In this document: piece after piece, positions 11,166 to 22,529 of the stretch
How the letters are laid out: each line of letters begins with the position of its first letter
Position numbering within the stretch: position 1 is the first letter of the stretch
Source: Scenedesmus sp. PABB004
Lineage: Eukaryota
Direction of reading: 5' to 3'
DNA: 64,000 nt
Assembly: GCA_014905635.1 (NCBI GenBank)
Contig: JABVCE010000003.1
Coordinates: 1,178,001 to 1,242,000 of the forward strand
Made by a program: the position numbers and the translations under genes
Notes under the pieces: model-generated
Seen by the model: the letters and a program-made list of their open reading frames with translations, nothing else
What the model was told of the DNA's origin: nothing
Databases searched by the model: none

Positions 11166-14100
11166 ATGCGGCCGCGGCTTCTTGCGCTCTGCGCTGCAGC
11201 GCTGCTGCTGGCGCGCGGCGCCGGGGGCCAGGGCCTGGACGCGAGCGCCGAGCAGCTCGGCGCCGGCGAAGCTCTGACGGCGAGCCAGTTTGATGCCTTC
11301 GAAGAGGCCCTTGCCCTCGCCGCCGGCTCGACTGGCGGCCGCGGCAACGGCGGCCGCGGCGGCTCCCTCACGGGCAGCACCGCGTTCACCGACGCGCAGC
11401 GCCTGGGCGACCTGCAGGTGGGCGCGCTGCCGCGGCTGCCGGCGGCCCGCCAGGCGCCGCCGCTCAGCTGCCCCGCCCCGCCGCCCCGCCTCGCTTCCCA
11501 CCTCGCCCCGCCCCGCAGCGCGGCGTGTACTACCTGGCGGCCGCGCCCAAGGACTTTGGCGTCTGCGACAGCCTCAGCGTGCGCTCCGAGGGGCCGCTCC
11601 GCGAGCCGCTGCCGCGGCGGCACGACTGCAACACGCACGTGCCGCCGCCGCGCGACCAGCGCGAGTGCCAGACCTGCGTTGCCGAGGCCGTGGCGACGGC
11701 GATCGGCATGTCTGTGGCGGCGACGCTGCAGACCGACCCGCGCGACTGGAACGTCAGCGCTGCGTCGCTGTTTTACTGCAGCGCGGGCGGCAGGACGTGC
11801 AAGACTGGTGGGTGGCGCCGCGTGCCGCGGGCTGCAGCGTGGCCTGCCGCCGCCGCCTGGCCTGCTGCTGCCCTGGGCTGACACGCGCCTGGCCGCGTGC
11901 GCCGCGCTGCAGGGTTCGACATCCAAGAACAGCTGCACCTGGTGGTGAGCGCGCCGCCCCGCTCGGCAGCAGAAGCCGTGCTGCCCCTCTGCGCGGGCTG
12001 ACGCTGCCGCCACGTTGCCGCCGCGGTGCTGTGCACAGATTGACGAGGCACCGGAGCTGATCCGGCCCGTCAGCTGCCTGGCAAACGACAGCGCGCTTGT
12101 CGACGCGACCGAGCAGGCGCGCGTCACGAGCTGGGGCCCTGCCTGTGACGCCGCCGGGCGGTCGTGCGCCTACGACGCCACACAGCCCTACCTCAAGTGC
12201 AGGTACAAGTCCCTCAGCACCTTCTGGCAGATCCAGCAGCACATCCGCAACCACGGCGCCGTCATCAGCCGCATCACCATCTACGACGACTGGGAGGTCC
12301 AGTTCAACTCGAGCGCGCGCAGCGCCGCGGGCGAGGAGTGGCCGCCGTACAGCTTCAACGCAAGCGCCAAGCCCGCGTTTGGGCACGCGGTCGTGATCGT
12401 CGGATATTCCAACACAAACTACACGTGGTGTGCGCGTGCGCGCGTGCGCTGCCGGCGAGGGGCGCGGCAGCGCGGCTGCCGCTCACGCCGCCGCGTCCCG
12501 CGGCCGCCGCAGGCTGGTGCAGAACAGCTGGGGCGCCGCCGCCGACGCCGGGCAGTTCCGCACGCGCGGCATCACCGCCGACGGCCTGGTGCGCGTGAAG
12601 ATGGGCCTGGCAGGTGCGGCGGCTCGGGCGCAGCGCGACGCGGCGCGGCATGCAGGCTGCAGCGCATCATCAGCTGCTGCACGCACTGACCCGCGCCGCG
12701 CGCCGCTGCTGCCCGGCCGCGCCGCAGGCGTCGGCACGCCGGACCAAACGTTCGGCGTCGAGTGCGTGCCGTTACCTGGCTCAGAGCACGACCCGCACCA
12801 CGTGCAGCCCTGGCTGCGGCCGCGGCGCGTGGAGCTGGAGCGCCGTGACCAGCTGCTGGACCTGAACACCTCTTGCGTGATCTATCGCGCGAGAGCCGAC
12901 GACTCGGTGGCGTCCATCGTTGACGCGTTTCGCATTGACATGGTTGACTTTGTCCGAGTGAACAGCAACCTGTGGGGGGCGCGCGTGAACATGAGCTACG
13001 CGCTGTCCTCTGCCGCCCTGGCCCAGGAGTCGCTGCAGAAGGTGCTCGACGCGGCCGCAAGGGTGCTGTGGCAGGAAGGTGAGCCACTCCCGTTTGTGAG
13101 CTGCACGCACTACGACGCGGCAGGCACCGCCACGCGCGTGACCTGCGACAACAGCACCGGCGCGGCGGCGTGCCTGCGGCTGAGCGTCAACGGCACCGGC
13201 AAGGGCACCGTGGGGTGCCGGCTGAATTACGCCAACGCAAACGTAACGGCCGGCCTACAGCCACGCAAGCCGGTCAAGATCTGCGGCCTCTCCCAGCTGC
13301 AGCGCCCGCGTGAGTTTTATTCAGTGGCTGCGTTTGGCGATCCCGAGGTTGCGCAGATCCGTGCGCTGCTGGGCATCGTCAAGGCGCTGGCCCCCAAGTT
13401 TACGCCGGACGCCTCCAAGGCAGGCAGGCTGAGCTGGTGGCTGTGCGAGACATATGCACACCCAGTTGCCGCCTACCTCCCCGACCGGGCTGGCAAGTTT
13501 CAGCTGTGGGTAGAGGCCGTCGACAGCGACCATTCACCCCAATCTGTGAAGGAATGCATCGCGCACATGGGCAAGGAGGCGCGCGCTGGCAAGCTCGCCC
13601 TCTGGGGAAGCGTCCCTGCCTCTTTCCCGGCCTTCAGCGATGCGCTCCTCTATCCCTTGCTCAACCTCACGGGCCTGGTGGAGATTGAGCTGCGAATGTT
13701 TGTGAGTGACGGGCTCGCCAAGCTGCCGCCGCAGCTGGGCGCGCTGCAGCACCTGGAAAAGTTGGCGATCCTCCATTGCATGGAGGGCGCGCTGCCCCCC
13801 AACTGGCTGCCAGGCTGGCCAAGCATGAGATACTTGTCACTGACTAGCTCATCGGACGACTCGAGTTGTGGGCTGACCGGCACCATCCCGAGCGCCTGGC
13901 TGGAGGCGCGTGCCCCCCACCTGTGGTTTCTCCGCTTGGCCAGGCAGCGTCTGAGCGGCGAGCTGGGCGCTGAGTTTGCCACGGCGTTCCCAGCCCTGCA
14001 GGCGCTGTACCTAGGCAACAACACATTCACAGGGGCGCTGAGCCCGGACTGGGCGAAGCTGGCCAACCTGGAGTGGATTGATGTGTCAGGAAACGACCTC

Positions 14101-16572
14101 AGCGGCATCGTGCCGCCGTCCTGGGCGTCCCTGGCGGCGCGGGCAAAGATCGTTCTGGACGACAACCCTCAGCTGACCGGCTGCCTACCGTTTGGCGCAG
14201 ACCTCGCGCGACGCGTGTCGTATGCGCACACCGGCATCACGAGCGCGTGCGGGCAGGGCCCCGGCGAGGGCGCGCAGTGGCGTGCTCTTAACACCACGCT
14301 GCGTGCACTGCTGCTGGCTGGTGACGTCAGCGCGTCCGCCCAGAGCGCGTTTGATGCCCTGCTGACCAAACTGAACCCGCTGGGGGTAGCGCTGCGGGCG
14401 CGTGAGACGTATGCTATTCGCGACCGTTCGACCTCCATTCGTTTGAGGATCACCCTGCGCGATGTCGGAGGCGTGGCAAGCGTTGGGCGCATCCAAGGTT
14501 CGGCCCTGGGCCTCAACCTCACCCACCTGCCCGCGCTGGCAGCGCAGCTGCCGAGCCTGGACTGGTTTGAGTGTGTTTCATGCACGCGCAATGCTCCCGG
14601 CACGCCTGGCCACGGCCCGCGCGACCTGGTGCTGCCGCCGAACCTGTCGCAGTACGCGCGGCAGCTGCATTGGCTGGTTCTTTCTGGCTGTGGGCTGCGT
14701 GGCCCGCTGCCGCCCGAGTGGGGCAGCGACTGGGCGCCCATAAATACCATGCGATTGGACCAAAACTCTCTCACTGGCAGCTTGCCCACTGCGTGGAAGG
14801 ACCTCAGCGGGTTGTTTCAATTGTTTTTGGCAGACAACCGGCTCGAGGGCACCCTCCCCGCTGAGTGGGGCGCAGCCGGTGTCATGTCAACAAGCGTTTG
14901 GATGAGCCTGAGCAACAACCTCAAGCTGAACGGCACCATCCCGGCCTCGTGGACGCACTTCACTTCCCTCATTGACGTGGGAGGGACGAACATCACCGGC
15001 TGCGTGCCTGGGAGCTTGTGGGTCATCACAGGGTATTTGCGGCTGCCACCATGCTCGTCGCCCGATGCGGTCGCCATGGCGGAACTGCGAGCCCTGCTCA
15101 CCAACAGCAGCAGCCACGGCTCTGCCGGCCCGTTGGCGTCGTGGTCCGGCATCCCCGACGGTGCGGCGTGGCGGGGCGAGGGGGGCGCGCGCGCAGCGCT
15201 GGTGCTGGCGCCAGCCACCGCTGCCGACCGCCCACCTGCCCCGCGCGCCGCCCTCCGCGCTGCCGCAGACTCCAGTGCCAAGCCCGCTCACTGCGCAGGC
15301 TGGGCGGGCGTCACCTGCAGCGACGCCTTTCGCGTTTCCGGCCTGGACCTGGCGAGCCTGGGGCTGCGCCTGGCGCTGCCGCTCACGCTGCACGAGCTCA
15401 CCGCCCTTGCCGCCAGGCTGCCCGACCTGCAGACGCTGGAGCTGGCGGGGCTGGGGCTGCAGGGCAGCCTTGAGGAGGCGGCCGCCGACATTGCCGGGCT
15501 GTCAGGCCTGCGCACGCTCAATGTGAGCGGCAACCCCAGGCTCAGCGGCCCGCTGCCTGGCGCGCTGGCGGGCGCCACGGCGCTGGAGGTGCTGGACGCG
15601 TCGGGCTGCGCCCTGGCCGGCCCCCTGCCCGAGGTGTTTGCCATGCTGCAGCGGCTGCGCGTGCTGAGGCTGGCCGGCAACAGCGGCATCAACGGCACCG
15701 TCCCGCTCGCCTGGGGCATAATGCGGGCCCTGGAGGAGCTGGACGCGTCGGGGTGCAGCCTCACGGGGCCGCTGCCGGCGGCCTGGGCGCAGGCGGGCGC
15801 TGCAGCGGCGGCCGCGCGCGAGGCGCTGGCCGCGTCCGGGGCTGCTGCAGCCGAGCTCCCTATGGCAGCGGCAGCCGTGGCTGCTGCCGAGGCGCAGCCG
15901 GCCGCCAGCGGCCCGCTGATGGCGCGGCTGCGCGTGCTGCGGCTCGCGGGCAACGCCGTTACTGGCGGGCTGCCGCCCGAGCTCAATGCGTTCACGCAGC
16001 TCGCCGTTGTCGACCTGTCGCACAACCCGCGGCTCGGCGGCAGCCTGCCGCCGGCGTGGGCCTTCCTGGCGCAGCTCGCGGTGCGCGGCGCGGCGCAGCA
16101 GGCTGCGGGCGGCGCGCTGGCTGGCCGACCGTGCCCCCTGCCTGGCTCACCGCGCCTGGCTCACCGCGCCCGCCTGCTGCAGGACCTGGGCCTGGCCAAC
16201 TGCAGCCTCACCGGGACGCTGCCGTTTGCCTGGTCGTCGCTCATCGGCCTGACCCGCCTAGACGTTTCGGGCAACGCGCTCGGCGGCGCGCTCGTGCCCA
16301 CGTATGGCGCGCTGACCGCGCTGCAGCGCCTCGGCCTCGCGTCAAACACATTTGTCGGCGCCGTGCCGCGTGAGTGGGCGGCGCTGCGGCGCTGCCCCCT
16401 CGGGAGCATTGACCTGCGAGACAGCCCCTGCATGGACGCTGCGGCCCTGAACGCCAGCGTGGTCGCGGCGGGGCTGGGCGGTGTCGTGCTGATTGATGGC
16501 AGGCCCGGCCCGGCGCGGCCGTGCCCTGGCGGTGGCGGCGGTGGCGGCGGGCGCCGCCGCCTCCGCGCCTGA
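11166..16572 (+). CDS. Large secreted multidomain protein: signal peptide, papain-like (C1A) cysteine protease, LysM-like module, several plant-type LRR blocks
   Basis: N-terminus MRPRLLALCAAALLLARGAGG; DQRECQTC (Cys codon 11675), FGHAVVIVGY (His 12384), WLVQNSWG (Asn 12523); CVIYRARADDSVASIVDAFRIDMVDFVRVN; many LxxLxLxxNxLxGxLPxxW repeats; no C-terminal TM. Confidence 0.85.
16081..16182 (+). mobile_element. Introner-like intron, copy B (102 nt, GT-AG, phase 0)
   Basis: Near-identical to 6029-6133. Removing it restores the LRR register AFLAQLA|DLGLANCSLTGTLP. Confidence 0.7.
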
Positions 16573-16783
16573 AACTGCGAACACTGCTGCGGCGATGCTC
16601 CGCACCTCGCACACAATTTCTTCGGCCTGGTGTGTGGCATTGCAACAGCTGAGTTGCTGTCCTTTGAACTGCTGGCGGGAGCTGACCCCCCTCGATTCGC
16701 TGCGGCTGCCGCACTGCACTGAGCACACAACGCATTGCGGCCCTCTCAGAGAGTTAAGAGCACAGGGCTCCCCTCCCGCCGCC

Positions 16784-17298
16784 TCACGCCGCGCCGGGCT
16801 GCCGCAGCGCGCCCAGCTGCCGCAGCAGCTCCGCGCCGTTCGCGTGCGAGACCTTGAGCCAGATGAGACCCGCGCCGCCGTCGCCCGGCACGATGCTCAG
16901 CGCGGTCACGCCCGCCGCGCGCACGCGCCGCGGCGTCGCCGCATCGGCGGGCACGCCGCGCAGCGGCGCGCCGGTGTGCTCGCCCTGCGCGCGCGCAGCA
17001 CGGGTCAGTCGGTCGGCCGCCGCGCGTGCGCGAGCGAGCGCCGCGCCCGCAGCGCCGCGCGCGCGGCCCCCGCGCGCGCCTGCAGCACCCAGCGGAACAC
17101 CACGCGCCCGCCCTCCGCGGCGAGCAGCCACTCGTGGCCGATGGAGAAGGGCGCCAGCGCGGCGCGCCAGCCGTCCATCATCGCGTGCATGCCCGCCACG
17201 CCGGCCGCGCCGCCCAGGTCGATGAGGCCGTGATAGCGGTAGCCCGGGTGCACGATGCCAGGCAGCGCCGCGTAGTCGCCTGCCGCACGGCGGATGAG

Positions 17299-17329
<31 letters not shown>

Positions 17330-18214
17330 GTCGTGGGGGCCGTCGCCGGCCGAGCACGCGCCGCGGCGGCCGTCGCATGCCCAGGCCGCGCGCGCCTGCC
17401 GGCCCAGCCAGCACTCGGCCCACCGCTGTTGTAAATCTCAAAGTAACGCCGCACCACCGCCTTGCACGCCTCGGGCGACAGCTGGCGCGCCGCGCCGGGC
17501 GGCGGCGCCGGCGGCGCGCCGCCCGGCGCGTGCGGCGGCGCGCGCGGCACGCCGCCCGGCGCGGCACCGACCTGTTCGCACAAGAACAGCGGGTCCCACG
17601 AGTGCCACGCCGCGGCCGCGCGCACGCCGCCTGCCGTGTCGCCGCCGCTGCGCGCGTCGTCGACCAGCCGCAGCACGAGGCTGCCCGTCCACCGCACCGG
17701 CCGCCCCGTCGCCGGCGCGGCGTGCGGCGGCAGCGGCGGCGCGAGCGGGCCCGTGTGCGTGCCGGAGGCGGTGTAGTAGGCCAGCACGTGGCGCTGCTCC
17801 AGGCACACGACCTCGTCGACCGCGACCGCGAGGTCACCCGCCGCGCCGCGCAGCGCCGCGGCCAGCGCCGCCACGCCCGCCGCGCCGCCGGCCAGGGGCG
17901 CGCCGGGGACGAGCGCGTCGTGCCAGGTGGTCTGGGCGCCGCGGCAAGGTTGGCGGGGGGGGGGGGGAGCAGGGCGGGAGGCCGCGGCGGGCGCAGCAGC
18001 GGCGGCGACGCCGTCGCAGGCCGCGGGACTGGCCGCTGCTGGCTGGCGCGATGGCTGGGAGACGCATCGCATCGCAGCCCGCGCCGGGAGGCCCCCGCAC
18101 CTGGTCGTCCAGCAGCGCAGCGGCCGCGGCGCCGCTGAACACGCCTTCGACGAGCGCCGCGACCGCCGCCCTGACGCCGTCTGGCAGCCATCCCACGTCG
18201 GCGTCGTCGGGCAT
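16784..18214 (-). CDS. Tandem SnoaL-like (NTF2-fold) ester/polyketide cyclase domain protein
   Basis: Domain 1: [43 protein letters not shown]. Domain 2: [43 protein letters not shown]. Confidence 0.8.
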
Positions 18215-18345
18215 GCCGGTTCACGGTGCTGGCTGCGCTGGCTGCGCTGGCGCGGGGCGGACGGGCAGCGGCGCCGACGGGCCCGGTTGCGGCGCGCCGC
18301 CGCTGGCTCGGCACGCACAGCTCACGCCCGCCGCCGCCGCCCTGA

Positions 18346-20240
<1,895 letters not shown>

Positions 20241-20929
20241 TCAGCCCGCGCCGACATCTCGCTCCATCCCCCTTAGCACGGCACGACCGTTCGCTCACGC
20301 GGAGCGACGCCGTGCGCCACAACCGTCCACTGTTCGCAGCACGCCCCCCCCCCGCGCTCCCAAACCCCGTCCGCCAATGCGCGCGGTCGCGAGCCACTGC
20401 TTCCGGCGTGCCGCGGCGATGCGCGCCGCGGAGCGCTGCGCGCCGGCGCTGCAGGCGCCCGCCATCATCGCTGCCTCGCCGACCGCCCGGCCGGGCGCGC
20501 GCGTGCCAGGTGTGGGTCCGGGCGGTTCCGGGGGGTCGCGATCCTCGTCCCGAGCGGCGCGCCGGGCCGCTGCGACCGCGCTCCGTGCCGGAAAGGGGCG
20601 GCGGGTCCACAGCGATGCCGCCAGTTTATACTCGCGAACGCGCTGCAGCGGTCCGTGGCGGCTGGGCGCGGCGCCCTCCGCCCCCGGCCATCGGCCCCGA
20701 CGCGCCGCGCCGCGCCGGCAGTGGCTCGCGCCGCAGTCGGCCGCGGCAGCGCGCGCGCGCGGCGGCCGTCCCGCGGGGCGGGCGGCCGGCGGCGTTTGCT
20801 TGCCCGCGGGCGGCGCCGAGCGCCTGGACGCCTGCGTGCTCAGCAGCTTGGGAGGCAGGGAGGGAGGGAGAAAGCCTGTTGCGCACCCCCCGCTGACCCG
20901 CGCGCGCTCCGCCCGCCGCGCGCCCGCAG

Positions 20930-21450
20930 ATGTCGCACAGCCCCCGCAGCAGCAGCAGCAGCCGCCGCGCGGCCCGGCGCCGCTGCGCGCGGCGGCGCTC
21001 GCGCCCGCGCTCGCGCCCGCGCTCGCGCCGCTCGCGTCGGCGAGCCACACCGCCTGCCTCGCGAGCATGCCGCTCGGCGCGGTGGCGCTGTACGGCAACT
21101 ACAGCGTGGTCGGCCCCGCGGTGCTACGCAAGGTCGCGGGCGGCCTCGTCGCGCTCGTGCAGCCGGGCGGGTTTGTCAGCGTGCTGCAGAGCCCCACGGC
21201 CGGCCCCACGACGCTCAGCTCGGCGTCGCTCTCGCGCGACGACGACGAGGGCGGCGCGGTCCTGCGGCTCGTGGGGCACCACCTGCAGCTCGACGGCCGC
21301 TTCGTCGCCGCCGGCGGCGCGCCGTGCGGAATTGAGCACGACGGCACGACCATCCTGTCGGTGCCCCGCCTGCCCGCCGACCAGTGCATCACGCTGCTGC
21401 CCGGCGCGTCCGTGAGCCACCCGGTCAACGTGCACCCGCGCGCGCGCTGA
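20930..21450 (+). CDS. Hypothetical protein (terminal exon; 5' end uncertain)
   Basis: Coding-like stretch MPLGAVALYGNYSVVGP..VGHHLQLDGRF..GIEHDGTTILSVP..HPVNVHPRAR-TGA, preceded by a branch-point-like GCTGAC and a CGCAG acceptor ending at 20929. Confidence 0.5.
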
Positions 21451-22529
21451 CGGGAGCGCCGCGCGGGCGCGCGGGCGGGCCAGGCCAGGCCAGGGTCGGG
21501 CGGGCGGGCGGGCGCGCGTAGGTAGGCACCTACGAGAGGCTGACGAACGCACACACTCTCTGGGCGCGGGGGACGGCCCGGACTCCGGCGGCGCCGGCTA
21601 GCTAGCTGGCAGCCGGGGCGTTTGGCGCATCGTCAACCAACGCACAACACTTGCGCGCCGCCGCCCGCCGGTCGGTCGCGGCCGCGGCGGCGCCTGGAGC
21701 CTGGTGCGCGCTGCGCTTGCAGCGCCAACGCACTCTCTATTAGTAGCTCGCGCGGGGCGGCACCTGCTTGTTTCGCATAATACACACACGCCGCTGCCTC
21801 ACAACCCAACCCATGGTTCCGACGCTGCTGCACTGCTGCTTGTGGGCGCCCTCGGGGGGCCACGGACGGGCGCGCGCGCGCCCCGCTGCCCGGGGCGCAG
21901 CGGCGGCGGGGGGGGGGGGGGGGGGGCAGGAGGGTCTGCGCCTGGGGGCGCAGAGAGAGGGCGCGGGGCTGCGTTTTCCCATCGTCAACAACGGCAGGGC
22001 GAGACCGCACTGCCAGCTGCCTGCGGCAGCACTTTTTGCTCGCGCGGCGCGCGCCCTGCTGCTGGGGCGCGCGCCTTTTTTCCATGGTCACTTGCCACAC
22101 GGGAGCTTGTCCGAAGTGCGAGGCTGGGCGCCCGGCTGAGAGCGTCTGAGAGCAGCACTGCATCTGTGTTTGCGCGCACACGATCGACCGCACCGCCACC
22201 TCGCCGCACCGCCACGTCTGCTTGTCGTCTCATGCGCATCGCGTCCCTGGTGGAGAGCCCCTGCTCCTGCACTGCATGGCGCCTGGTCCGTGGTTCGCCC
22301 CTGCCTGCCGCGTGGGTGACGCCTTGCTGCAACCCCGGCTGGTCAACGCCCGCGGCGCGGTGACGCCGCAACCCCTGCGCCTCCCCCCGCCAGCCGAAGG
22401 ACCCGCACGCCTCCCGCCGATGCGCGGCGCACCGGCACGCTCGGTTGCGAGCCGCCTGCGGGCCGTCCGCCGCAGGCGATAAGGCAGCACCCGCCCGCAC
22501 CGCGCGGCCGATGGCTCCCTAGCGTCGCG

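Noticed and set aside
21500..22500. Short ORFs in intergenic stretches (also 47050-47850, 59500-60340, 62900-64000)
   Set aside because: No coding-like codon pattern or recognisable motifs, and no tRNA or snoRNA structure that I could support.
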